Positions 34,592-43,717 of a DNA stretch of 64,000 bases are shown piece by piece (the first letter of the stretch is position 1; every line of letters begins with the position of its first letter). Source of the DNA: Candidatus Omnitrophota bacterium. Its GTDB lineage: Bacteria; Omnitrophota; Gorgyraeia; JACQQV01. The position numbers and the translations under genes were made by a program. The stretch is taken from contig JACQQV010000039.1 of the NCBI GenBank assembly GCA_016206785.1, positions 5,978-69,977 on the forward strand. Direction: 5' to 3'. The notes beneath the pieces were generated by a model, which was not told where the DNA came from, ran no database searches, and worked only from the letters and a program-made list of their open reading frames with translations.

Positions 34592-35494
34592 TTAAAAACG
34601 GGTGAAGAGTTTAAATTCGTTGAAACGCTTTTGAATGTCGGAAGACTTCAAGGTCAGGAGGCGGTTTAATCCAAAATCTTCAACTGAAAAGGAGGCCATG
34701 ACACTTCCATAGATAATGGCTTTTCGAATGGAGGCGACATCTTGTTTTTTCCCCTTTGCCAAATATCCCATGAAGCCCCCTGCAAACGTATCCCCTGCTC
34801 CCGTGGGGTCTTTAATCGTCTCCAAGAGGTACGCGGGGGTTGAGAAAACAAAATCTTTCGTGAAAAAGAGAACCCCATGCTCCCCCTTTTTGATCAAAAC
34901 CATTTGAGGACCTAATCGAATGAGTTCTTTTCCTGCCTTTGCGAGATTGGTATTCCCTGTGAGCATTCTCGCTTCTTGATCGTTCAGCAACGCCAGATCC
35001 ACCTTCTTAAGAAGTTGGAGAAGAGAGCGCTTTTTCTTTTCAATCCAAAATCCCATGGAATCGAGCGCAACGAATTGAGGATGATTTAGTTGCTTTAATA
35101 CGGAAAGCTGAAGATCGGGGTCGATGTTCGCCAAGAAAACATGGGAGAGGCCGCAATATTTCTCAGGGAGACGTGGATTGAATTGCTCAAAGACATTGAG
35201 TTCGGTCACGAGGGTGAAGGCCACATTGAGGTCGTAGCCGTAACGCCCCTTCCACCGGAACGTTTCCCCTTTCCGGACTTCAAGCCCCTCTAAGTCGATA
35301 TTCCGTTTTTTGAGGAGATTTAAATACGCTTTCGGGAAATCGGTCCCAACGACTCCTACAAGATTTACCGGTGTAAAGAAACTTGCGGAGACAGAAGCAT
35401 AGGTTGCAGAACCCCCCAGGATCTCTTCTTGAGAGCCATAGGGCGTCTCTACAGAATCTAACGCGACAGAACCGACAACAAGGACTCTACTCAT
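34592..35494 (-). CDS. PfkB-family sugar kinase (possible D-glycero-beta-D-manno-heptose-7-phosphate kinase)
   Basis: Ribokinase-like signature DPTGAGDTFAGGF; start moved to ATG 35494; ADP-heptose assignment inferred from neighbouring gmhA and hldC-like genes. Confidence 0.65.
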   Translation of the reverse strand: MSRVLVVGSVALDSVETPYGSQEEILGGSATYASVSASFFTPVNLVGVVGTDFPKAYLNLLKKRNIDLEGLEVRKGETFRWKGRYGYDLNVAFTLVTELNVFEQFNPRLPEKYCGLSHVFLANIDPDLQLSVLKQLNHPQFVALDSMGFWIEKKKRSLLQLLKKVDLALLNDQEARMLTGNTNLAKAGKELIRLGPQMVLIKKGEHGVLFFTKDFVFSTPAYLLETIKDPTGAGDTFAGGFMGYLAKGKKQDVASIRKAIIYGSVMASFSVEDFGLNRLLTLKSSDIQKRFNEFKLFTRF

Positions 35495-36152
35495 AGACCT
35501 TCCCCGCCTCTTCTTTTCTCGCGTCCATGAGGGACTTGAGTCGAGCGGTGGCTCCGCGGATATCTTCTTGAGCAACGACTGCACGCACCACAGCGATCGC
35601 GTAGGCCCCTGCGCCCAGCACCTCTTCGATATTGGAGAGGTTGATCCCCCCGATTGCGATAAAAGGGATCGAAAGGTTCTTTCTCACTTCATGGATGAAT
35701 TCAAGTCCTACGGGGGCATAGTCCGGTTTGGTAGGCGTTTTAAAAATAGGTCCTACCCCTATATAATCGGCCCCTTCTTGAAAAGCCCTTCTGGCTTGTT
35801 CCAAGCTGTGCGTGGAGACCCCCAAGAGCCTATTTCCCCCGATCTCTTGTCTTGCCCTCTTTAGGGATAGATCGTCCTGGCCGATATGAAGACCATCCGC
35901 TCCAACCGCCTTCGCGACGTCGACCCTTTCATTCACAATGAGGAGTGCACCAAACTGGTCACAGACTTCTCGGAGGGCCCTTCCGACGGTGATCAGGGCT
36001 TCGTCTTTCGCCTCTTTATCACGTAACTGAACGACGGAGGCCCCTCCTTCGAGGGCTTGTGTCAAGACCTCAAGATGGCCTTTTCCTCGCTGGGCACCTG
36101 GATCAGTAATGACGTAAAGACTTCCTCTTTTGAGTTCTTTTTTGACCGGCAT
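35487..36152 (-). CDS. thiE: Thiamine-phosphate synthase
   Basis: ThiE fold signatures (LYVITDP.., ..IAIGGIN..). Confidence 0.85.
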   Translation of the reverse strand: MPVKKELKRGSLYVITDPGAQRGKGHLEVLTQALEGGASVVQLRDKEAKDEALITVGRALREVCDQFGALLIVNERVDVAKAVGADGLHIGQDDLSLKRARQEIGGNRLLGVSTHSLEQARRAFQEGADYIGVGPIFKTPTKPDYAPVGLEFIHEVRKNLSIPFIAIGGINLSNIEEVLGAGAYAIAVVRAVVAQEDIRGATARLKSLMDARKEEAGKVYE

Positions 36153-36609
36153 GTAAAAGTCCTGTCGTTGAGTATCTTTTCACAAGAGGAAAAAGATAGA
36201 CTTTGCCACCGTACGATTCGATAAAGGCTTTACCCACGACCTCTTTCTTTTCCCAATCTCCGCCCTTTACCAGCACATCCGGTCGAATCTGGCGAATGAG
36301 CCTTTCCGGTGTTTCTTCAGAGAAAAGAAGAACATGATCAACTGCTTTGAGAGAGGCTAAAACTTCTGCACGGGCCCTTTCCGGATTCACCGGTCGATGC
36401 GGCCCTTTGAGCTTCCGAACGGAGGAGTCGCTGTTCAGTCCTACGAGAAGGATATCCCCCAGACGCTTCGCTTTTTCGAGGAGACGGATATGACCCAGAT
36501 GGAGAAGATCAAAACAACCGTTTGTGAAGACGACCCTTTTCCCTCGCCGACGGGCGGTACGAAGAACTTTTAGAAGTGTCCCCCTCCGCGTCACGTTAAG
36601 TGTGATCAC
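36103..36609 (-). CDS. D-glycero-beta-D-manno-heptose 1-phosphate adenylyltransferase (HldE domain II-like)
   Basis: Cytidylyltransferase motif FTNGCFDLLHLGH. Confidence 0.8.
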   Translation of the reverse strand: MITLNVTRRGTLLKVLRTARRRGKRVVFTNGCFDLLHLGHIRLLEKAKRLGDILLVGLNSDSSVRKLKGPHRPVNPERARAEVLASLKAVDHVLLFSEETPERLIRQIRPDVLVKGGDWEKKEVVGKAFIESYGGKVYLFPLVKRYSTTGLLHAGQKRTQKRKSLRHY

Positions 36610-37223
36610 CCGTAGAGCGCCTTTTCCACCAATTCACAGATGGCGTGGCCGATCGTGATATGGGATTCCTGAATCCGCTGGGTATTGGAAGAAGGGACGA
36701 GTATGCAGAGGTCGACGAGACTTTTCAGTTTTCCTCCCGTTCCTCCCGTCAGTCCAATTGTGTAAAGCCGCTTTTTCTTTGCCATCTTGGTCGCTTCCAG
36801 AACATTTGGCGAATTGCCACTGGTGGAAATGCCCACTGCAACGTCTGTGGGGTTCGCCAACCCTTCCAGTTCCCTTGCGAAAGAATAGAGATAACCGAAG
36901 TCATTTGAAATCGCGGTGAGGGATGCGGGGTTTCCTGAGAGGGCCACCGCAGGAAGAGAGGGGCGTTTGATATCGTGTGAAAATCGTCCCAAAAATTCTC
37001 CGGCGATATGGAGACTGTCCGAGGCGCTTCCTCCGTTTCCATAGAGGATCAGTTTTCCTCCCCGACGGAAAGAGTGGGTAATCCTTTCGGAGGCCGAGAG
37101 GATACACTGGAGCATAGCGTCTGACAGAAGCGCTTCTTTGGTGCGGATCGATTCGAGAAGAATCTCCCGAAGACGGTCTCGTGATTTTTTCCGATTAACC
37201 AAAGAAAACTTTTGCGATCTCAT
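36606..37223 (-). CDS. gmhA: Phosphoheptose isomerase (SIS domain)
   Basis: SIS-domain layout typical of GmhA (..LILYGNGGSASDSLHIAGE..). Confidence 0.85.
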   Translation of the reverse strand: MRSQKFSLVNRKKSRDRLREILLESIRTKEALLSDAMLQCILSASERITHSFRRGGKLILYGNGGSASDSLHIAGEFLGRFSHDIKRPSLPAVALSGNPASLTAISNDFGYLYSFARELEGLANPTDVAVGISTSGNSPNVLEATKMAKKKRLYTIGLTGGTGGKLKSLVDLCILVPSSNTQRIQESHITIGHAICELVEKALYG

Positions 37224-38226
37224 AGAGAGAAGCGTCCACCAGTTTCACATCACCCGCGACTTGTTGGAGCGGAACCGACACAATTTTATTCCCCTGTAAA
37301 CTGACCATGACGCCATATTTCTTTTCAAGAATAAGTCGAACCGCCTCAAATCCAAAACGGGTGCCGAGGACACGATCAAAGGCCGTAGGAGAACCTCCAC
37401 GCTGGACGTGTCCGAGGACGGTAACCCGCGTCTCAAACCCTGTCTTCTCCTCAATTTTCTCACCCAGGATATGTCCTACACCTCCCAGGCGGACATGTCC
37501 AAACTCATCTATCTTATTTTCCTGAGTCACTACTTCCCCTTTTTTGAATTTAGCCCCTTCGGCAACGACAACGATGCTGAATTGCTTACCGCGACTGTGG
37601 CGCTTGCGCAGAAGGTCACAAACCCGATCCAGATCGATCTCCTCTTCTGGAATGAGGATGACGTCCGCTCCTCCTGCGATCCCGGCGTAGACCGCGATCC
37701 AACCGGCGTGACGCCCCATCGTTTCAACCACCATGACACGGTTATGACTTTCGGCGGTCGTATGAAGCCTGTCGATCGCCTCCATCGCAATATTGACGGC
37801 GGTATCGAATCCGAAAGTGTAATCTGTTAAAGAGAGGTCGTTGTCGATCGTTTTTGGGATACCCACGATTTGAAGTTTCTTATCGGCGAATTTTGCAGCC
37901 ACGCCCAATGTGTCCTCGCCACCAATCACAATCAGCGCCTCTAAGCCGAGTTTTTTATAATTGTCGATCACTTGCGCAAGCTGCTTTTCGTCCTTAAAAG
38001 GGTTTGTCCTGGAGGTTCCGAGGATCGTTCCTCCTTTGGGGAGAATTCCAGAAACGGATTGCGCATCCAAAGGCATGGTATCGAGGGTGACCAATCCCTT
38101 CCACCCATACCGAATACCGATCACTTCAAGACCTTCGTGGTTCGCCTTTCGCACGACCGCCCGGATGACGGGATTTAAGCCTGGGCAGTCGCCTCCCCCT
38201 GTCAAACACCCAATTTTTCTTGCCAT
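37195..38226 (-). CDS. 6-phosphofructokinase (PfkA family; phosphoryl-donor specificity uncertain)
   Basis: N-terminal GCLTGGGDCPGLN and catalytic region; GGED in place of the usual GGDG. Confidence 0.85.
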   Translation of the reverse strand: MARKIGCLTGGGDCPGLNPVIRAVVRKANHEGLEVIGIRYGWKGLVTLDTMPLDAQSVSGILPKGGTILGTSRTNPFKDEKQLAQVIDNYKKLGLEALIVIGGEDTLGVAAKFADKKLQIVGIPKTIDNDLSLTDYTFGFDTAVNIAMEAIDRLHTTAESHNRVMVVETMGRHAGWIAVYAGIAGGADVILIPEEEIDLDRVCDLLRKRHSRGKQFSIVVVAEGAKFKKGEVVTQENKIDEFGHVRLGGVGHILGEKIEEKTGFETRVTVLGHVQRGGSPTAFDRVLGTRFGFEAVRLILEKKYGVMVSLQGNKIVSVPLQQVAGDVKLVDASLYEIAKVFFG

Positions 38227-38235
38227 CTTTTCCCT

Positions 38236-38829
38236 CTAAAAATTTTCAAATTCTAAATCTTGGACCGATTCCTTTTCGGTCGCTTTCTCTTTTTTGGTGG
38301 GGCGTTGCGCCACCTTTCCTATATGGACATGGATCGTAATCGGCTCCTCCACGCCGAGGATGTCGTGGATATGACTGCGTACGACATGCTGGAGTCTCTC
38401 GGTTGCTTCAGGGATATGCGTATCCGCCCAAAGGGTGCCTCGGACAGTCACAACAATTCCAGAACGGGTTGCCCGCACATACGGTTTAATTTCCTTGATC
38501 CCATTCAGATCACTTCCCACCCGTTTGATGAAATCTTCTATCGCATCCAATGCCACCGTGACCTCTCCATCGGGGTTGTGAAAGGCGATCGTTCTTTCCC
38601 TTTGAATTTGGAGGATAATCACTCTCGCAAACGTCACTGTCGCCAAAAGGATTGCTCCCCCTATTGCCCCCAAAAGGAGTCGGGTCTTGGTCGAGTCGTA
38701 AAGAGCACTTAAAAGAACGTTGAGGTCATCGATCGACAGAAGGCGTGCGGCGAGGATGAGAAGGACAACACCCGTTAAGAGGAAAAAGAGCGCTCCCAAA
38801 AGCCGAAACAGCTGACTCAAAAATCTCAT
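38236..38829 (-). CDS. Asp23/YqhY-like protein with N-terminal TM helices
   Basis: Position directly after accB-accC as in Bacillus yqhY; weak family resemblance only. Confidence 0.45.
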   Translation of the reverse strand: MRFLSQLFRLLGALFFLLTGVVLLILAARLLSIDDLNVLLSALYDSTKTRLLLGAIGGAILLATVTFARVIILQIQRERTIAFHNPDGEVTVALDAIEDFIKRVGSDLNGIKEIKPYVRATRSGIVVTVRGTLWADTHIPEATERLQHVVRSHIHDILGVEEPITIHVHIGKVAQRPTKKEKATEKESVQDLEFENF

Positions 38830-40206
38830 TTAGGCCCCCCTCGCTTCTGAGACTCTCTCACTTGTTTCTCCCAAAAGTTTTTCGACGAAGTCGGTGTAGA
38901 ATTCTCCCTTCAAAAAGGCAGGATGACGGAGGATTTTCCGATGAAAAGGAATCGTCGTTTTAATCGGTTCGATCATGAATTCATCGAGTGCCCTTTTCAT
39001 GATCTCAATCGCTTCCTTCCGATCTCTGCCGTGACAGATAAGTTTCCCCACCATCGAATCGTAGTGGGGGGTGATTTGATAGCCGGTATAGACATGGGAG
39101 TCAAGACGAATTCCAGGCCCTCCAGGGACATTGAGGAAACTAATCTTCCCCGGCGAAGGAAGAAATCCATTTTCGGAATCCTCGGCATTGATGCGACATT
39201 CCATGGCGGAACCCTGGATCCGGATGTCATCTTGAGCGTAGGAGAGTTTTTCCCCTGCGGCCATCCGGATCTGTTCCTTGATCAAGTCAATACCGGTGAC
39301 CATCTCCGTTACAGGGTGTTCCACCTGAATGCGGGTATTCATCTCCATGAAATAGAAATTGTCATGTTCGTCAAGGAGAAATTCCATGGTTCCGGCGTTC
39401 ACATAGCCGACCGCCTTGGTCCCCTTGACCGCTAGTTCTCCGATCTTCTTGCGCAGTTTATGATCCACTCGCGACGAAGGGGCTTCTTCGAGGAGTTTTT
39501 GGTGACGTCGCTGAATGGTGCATTCCCTCTCTCCTAAATGAACGACGTGACCATAACGGTCTGCTAGGAGTTGTATCTCAATATGTTTTGGCCGCTCGAC
39601 ATACTTTTCGATAAAGACATCCGCATTCCCGAAGGCCGCCTCGGCCTCTGTTTGACAGGTGAGGAGTGCACTCACAAGTCGGACATCGTTGTGGGCTACC
39701 CGCATCCCCTTCCCCCCTCCTCCCGCCGCAGCCTTGATGATGACCGGATAACGGATGCGCCGCGCCGTGTTCAAGGCTTCATCCTTGTTTTTGACCGCTT
39801 GTGTGCTTCCAGGGATAATAGGCAGCCCCGCCTTTTTCATCACCTCTTTGGCCGCCAGTTTATCTCCCATCATCCGGATCGATTCCGCAGGGGGGCCGAT
39901 AAATTTGATCTTGCACGATTCGCAGATTTCGGCGAAGTGGGCGTCTTCGGCTAGAAATCCGTATCCTGGGTGGAGCGCTTCGACATCTGTGATCTCGGCG
40001 GCACTGATGATGCTTGGAATGTTGAGGTAGCTTTCAGCACTTCGGGCACTCCCGATACAGATCGCCTCATCGGCAAAGCGAACGTGAAGAGAATCCGCAT
40101 CGGCCTCGGAATAGACGGCGACCGTTTTAATCCCCATTTCCTTACAGGCGCGGATAATTCGCAGGGCGACTTCTCCACGATTGGCGATTAGAATTTTTGA
40201 GAACAT
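38830..40206 (-). CDS. accC: Acetyl-CoA carboxylase, biotin carboxylase subunit
   Basis: [21 protein letters not shown].. ATP-grasp/biotin carboxylase; start moved to ATG 40206. Confidence 0.9.
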   Translation of the reverse strand: MFSKILIANRGEVALRIIRACKEMGIKTVAVYSEADADSLHVRFADEAICIGSARSAESYLNIPSIISAAEITDVEALHPGYGFLAEDAHFAEICESCKIKFIGPPAESIRMMGDKLAAKEVMKKAGLPIIPGSTQAVKNKDEALNTARRIRYPVIIKAAAGGGGKGMRVAHNDVRLVSALLTCQTEAEAAFGNADVFIEKYVERPKHIEIQLLADRYGHVVHLGERECTIQRRHQKLLEEAPSSRVDHKLRKKIGELAVKGTKAVGYVNAGTMEFLLDEHDNFYFMEMNTRIQVEHPVTEMVTGIDLIKEQIRMAAGEKLSYAQDDIRIQGSAMECRINAEDSENGFLPSPGKISFLNVPGGPGIRLDSHVYTGYQITPHYDSMVGKLICHGRDRKEAIEIMKRALDEFMIEPIKTTIPFHRKILRHPAFLKGEFYTDFVEKLLGETSERVSEARGA

Positions 40207-40207
40207 C

Positions 40208-40672
40208 CTACTTCGGCTCCACCAGAAAAAGAACCGTTCCGAACTCAACGGGATCGCCGTTTTCAATGAGCACATCCACAATTTTCCCGCCCAGCTCGGA
40301 TTTAATCTCGTTCATCAATTTCATCGCCTCAATGATGCAAACGACCTGACCCGGTTCGATCATGGACCCCACCTCCACAAAAGGCGGGGAATCTGGAGAG
40401 GGGGCGCGATAAAAAGTCCCCACAATGGGGGCTTTGATTTCAACCGCTTTGGCAGCGACCTCTTTCGGTATCTCTTGAGCAGCCTGAGGCGCAGTCTCTT
40501 GAGGAGCGGGCGGCGGCGAGGTGGCTACAAGGATCTTTTCAAGTCCTCCCTCTATCGCCCCCCCTGTTCCCTTACGAAGGCGGATCCGTAGACCGTCCCG
40601 CTCCAATTCAAACTCTGTCAACGCATTCTCATTCATCAAATTGATAATTTCTTTTATCTCTTTGATGTTCAT
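40208..40672 (-). CDS. accB: Acetyl-CoA carboxylase, biotin carboxyl carrier protein
   Basis: Biotinyl-lysine motif EAMKLMN in the C-terminal lipoyl-like domain. Confidence 0.9.
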   Translation of the reverse strand: MNIKEIKEIINLMNENALTEFELERDGLRIRLRKGTGGAIEGGLEKILVATSPPPAPQETAPQAAQEIPKEVAAKAVEIKAPIVGTFYRAPSPDSPPFVEVGSMIEPGQVVCIIEAMKLMNEIKSELGGKIVDVLIENGDPVEFGTVLFLVEPK

Positions 40673-40693
40673 GAAAAGGGTACCCCCTTTGCT

Positions 40694-41251
40694 TTAGACG
40701 CGGTTCACGTAGCTTCCGGTGCGGGTGTCCACTTTGATGATGTCCCCCTCCTTGACAAAGAGGGGAACCTGAATGGAAGCGCCTGTTTCCAATTTTGCGA
40801 ATTTGTTACCCCCTTTTGCCGTATCTCCCCGGAGACCTGGATCCGCATTGACCACTTTGAGTTCCACAAACATGGGAGGAGAAACGTCTAATACCTGTCC
40901 TTCATGTTCTAGGAGGGTAATGATCATATTCTCTTTTAAGTAATCGGGGGTTTCCCCCATTTGGTCTTTCTCAATGGAATGTTGTTCATAGGTTTCCATA
41001 TCCATAAAGTGGAAAGTCTCTCCAGCCTGGTAGAGATACTGTAACTTTCGTTCGTGGACAAAGGCCTCTTCGACTTTGTCCCCTGAACGGAACGTCCGGT
41101 CGAGGACAGCCCCCGTCCGCATGTTCTTGAGTCTCGTCCGGACAAACGCCGCGCCCTTCCCCGGCTTGACTTGCTGAAAATCTACAATGAGGTAAACGGC
41201 CCCTTCCAATTTAACCGTGAGACCATTTTTGAGTTCATTGATGTCTAACAT
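40694..41251 (-). CDS. efp: Elongation factor P
   Basis: 185 aa, EF-P three-domain layout. Confidence 0.9.
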   Translation of the reverse strand: MLDINELKNGLTVKLEGAVYLIVDFQQVKPGKGAAFVRTRLKNMRTGAVLDRTFRSGDKVEEAFVHERKLQYLYQAGETFHFMDMETYEQHSIEKDQMGETPDYLKENMIITLLEHEGQVLDVSPPMFVELKVVNADPGLRGDTAKGGNKFAKLETGASIQVPLFVKEGDIIKVDTRTGSYVNRV

Positions 41252-41277
41252 GGCTTCCAGTAATGAATCTAATCATT

Positions 41278-41733
41278 TTAACGGGTTGGAGCAAGGATTG
41301 TCAAGGAGGCCAAAAGACCGAGACGGTAACTTTCCGCGCCGAACCCGGAGACCTGGCCTACGCAGACGGGAGCGATGAGGGAGGTTTGCCGAAATTTCTC
41401 GCGCGCATAGATATTGGTCAGATGGACTTCCACAGTCGGAACGCCGCAGGCCTCAATGGCGTCTCGAATCGCTACACTGGTATGGGTGTAGGCCGCAGGA
41501 TTGATGAGGATGGCGTTGTAGCGACCTTTAGCCTTTCCGATCAGATCGACAATTTTGCCCTCATGGTTGGATTGGAGGATCGTTAAGGTGACTTTCGATT
41601 TCCTAGCGGTCTCCTTGAGCAGGGTGTTGATGGCACCCAGCGTCTTTTGTCCGTAGAGGGACGGTTGCCGCTTACCCAGAAGATCAAGGTTAGGACCATG
41701 GATGACCAGTATTTTTTTAACTCGGCTTGCCAC
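41278..41733 (-). CDS. aroQ: 3-dehydroquinate dehydratase, type II
   Basis: N-terminal [15 protein letters not shown] motif. Confidence 0.85.
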   Translation of the reverse strand: MASRVKKILVIHGPNLDLLGKRQPSLYGQKTLGAINTLLKETARKSKVTLTILQSNHEGKIVDLIGKAKGRYNAILINPAAYTHTSVAIRDAIEACGVPTVEVHLTNIYAREKFRQTSLIAPVCVGQVSGFGAESYRLGLLASLTILAPTR

Positions 41734-41884
41734 CTTCTGCCTCTTCGATGAGCATCACAGGAATACCCTCCCGAATCGGGTATCGTCTTTCGCAGGAGGA
41801 ACAAACAAGTTTCTCCCCCTCCAACCTGACAGACGTCTTGCAAAGTGGACAGGCGAGAATTTCAAGAAGTTCCTTGTCAATCAT
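41717..41884 (-). CDS. Trm112/YcaR-like zinc-ribbon protein (55 aa), below the ORF-track cutoff
   Basis: ATG 41884 with AAGGAGG SD; [55 protein letters not shown] matches the UPF0434/Trm112 pattern LLxILxCPxC..C..C. Confidence 0.6.
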   Translation of the reverse strand: MIDKELLEILACPLCKTSVRLEGEKLVCSSCERRYPIREGIPVMLIEEAEGGKPS

Positions 41885-41899
41885 ACTTGCCTCCTTTTC

Positions 41900-42889
41900 C
41901 TATTCGAGTTCAGCCAAGGAAAGTTTAGGTTGTCCTTGCAAAAGATAGATGATTCCACCGATGAAACTCTGAATGCCAAGGATGCCGAGCCAAAGGATGG
42001 AGAGGGCAAGGGCACTCCCCTTCCCAATATTTCCCCCTAAAAAATAAACAAATGCCCCTTCCCGGATGCCGAGGCCATTCAGGGAAGGAAGCATTGAAAG
42101 CGTTGAGACCAGTGGAACCACGAGAAACAGGCGCGGTAAAGAAACGTAGGCAGAGAGACTCTGGATTAATGTAAAAATAGAGAGGATGAAAATCACATGG
42201 GTGAGGATTGAAAGAAAAAAGGCCTGCCATAGGATTTTTTTGTTCTGACCGATGAAGTGCAACGAATGGTAGGCCTTTTCGATCTTTTCATCCCACCCCA
42301 TTTTTTTGAGGGGGATGAAAAGAAAGCGGATCGATTTTGCCATTCCGCGGTTGAACAAAAACGAGATCGCAAAGGAAGAAAAAAGGAAAAGGAGTCCCAC
42401 GGCCATTTTGATGGAGCTTTCTGTCTCTTGCCAGAGGAGGAGGGTGCCGACGGTCGCCATGAGAACCAGTGAGAAAAGGCCGATGATCCGGTCTCCGAAC
42501 ACACACGCGAAGGAGTCTAATTTTTTGCTCGTTTTCTGATAAGCGAAAAAAGCCTTCACAACGTCTCCTCCTGCCGCAGTAGGTAGAAAATTGTTAAAAA
42601 AAATTCCAAGGAAAGAAAGTTCTACCGTTTCCTTGAGGGAAAGGGAAAGGGACTGGGCTCTGAAAAGGAGCTTCAGTCTTAAAGAAATAATGCAGATGGC
42701 CACTGTCTGCATGAAGAGGCTGGTCAGGAAAAAGAGATGGCGCGTCCGCTTCAATGTCAGGATCATCTCTCTCATTTCCCCTCTGAGGAGAATTCCTAAC
42801 AGTATAATAAAGAAAAGACTTATGAGAATTCTCAGGACCGCATTCGCCTTCATACGAATAGAAATGAGGTTACCATAAGCGGCTTCCAA
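41900..42889 (-). CDS. Flippase-like membrane protein (UPF0104 / lysylphosphatidylglycerol-synthase TM-region family)
   Basis: 8 TM helices; ..FFNNFLPTAAGGDVVKAFF.. and ..LPSLNGLGIREGAF.. typical of the family. Confidence 0.6.
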   Translation of the reverse strand: MEAAYGNLISIRMKANAVLRILISLFFIILLGILLRGEMREMILTLKRTRHLFFLTSLFMQTVAICIISLRLKLLFRAQSLSLSLKETVELSFLGIFFNNFLPTAAGGDVVKAFFAYQKTSKKLDSFACVFGDRIIGLFSLVLMATVGTLLLWQETESSIKMAVGLLFLFSSFAISFLFNRGMAKSIRFLFIPLKKMGWDEKIEKAYHSLHFIGQNKKILWQAFFLSILTHVIFILSIFTLIQSLSAYVSLPRLFLVVPLVSTLSMLPSLNGLGIREGAFVYFLGGNIGKGSALALSILWLGILGIQSFIGGIIYLLQGQPKLSLAELE

Positions 42890-42907
42890 AGTAAAGAAAA
42901 TTCAGGC

Positions 42908-43717
42908 CTACCGGATCAGGATGCCGGCATACCCCACGACGGAAGAGCGGTCCCCTGTAACATCCCCACTCGTTTGGTAGCGGAGAAGCTCCCCCTTGGC
43001 GCCATTTCTCTTTCGAAGGTAAGAAAGCATTGCAAGTGTCGGGGCATAGCCGCACATCGAGATCCGTCGCTCATCCACTCTACGGGTCAATTCATCCGGA
43101 TCCACAGCAAGAATGGACTGAATGGCATAGAGGTCCTTTTGGGTCGCTGCCTCGTGACTTTCATAATGGGTCATATCACTGCTGGCGATGACCGTCACTT
43201 CTTTTTGTGAGGCCTCAATCCCTCTCGCCAGGTGTTGTCCAAACGCTTTGTATTGTTCAGGGGTCCCGAATCCGACGGCAATGGGCACAATTTTTGTCTG
43301 AGGCGCGAGGATCTGCAGGAAAGGAAGTTGAACTTCTAAGGAATGTTCGAAGTGGTGGGCTTCATCATCTTCCTCAAGTTCTGGAGTCTGACGGAGAAGG
43401 CTATCCGCAAGTTCCCTATCGACCTCAACATCTCCCAACGGTGTACGCCATTTTTCTGCCGTTGAAAGACTCATCGGTCTCCCCTCTCCTGTATGGTTCG
43501 GACCGAGAAGGACGACCGTTTTCGGCCAGGAAATGGAGGCGTATACTTCCCCTGCGACTTTTCCCGAGTAGACAAGACCCGCATGAGGGACGACGAGCCC
43601 CTTTGCGTCCCGTCTTTGCTGGGTTTCCTTGGGAAGACAGGCCTTCACCTGTTCACGAAGTCGTTTCCAATCTTCTTCGTAAAATTGACCTGACACGCAG
43701 GGGTAGCGTACGTTCAT
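42908..43717 (-). CDS. MEMO1-family protein (AmmeMemoRadiSam system protein B-like)
   Basis: Memo signatures (..GLVVPHAGLVYSG.., ..SSDMTHYE..). Confidence 0.7.
   Translation of the reverse strand: MNVRYPCVSGQFYEEDWKRLREQVKACLPKETQQRRDAKGLVVPHAGLVYSGKVAGEVYASISWPKTVVLLGPNHTGEGRPMSLSTAEKWRTPLGDVEVDRELADSLLRQTPELEEDDEAHHFEHSLEVQLPFLQILAPQTKIVPIAVGFGTPEQYKAFGQHLARGIEASQKEVTVIASSDMTHYESHEAATQKDLYAIQSILAVDPDELTRRVDERRISMCGYAPTLAMLSYLRKRNGAKGELLRYQTSGDVTGDRSSVVGYAGILIR

Noticed and set aside
35487-36152. TPP riboswitch upstream of thiE
   Set aside because: thiE overlaps both neighbours; there is no leader region in which an aptamer could sit.
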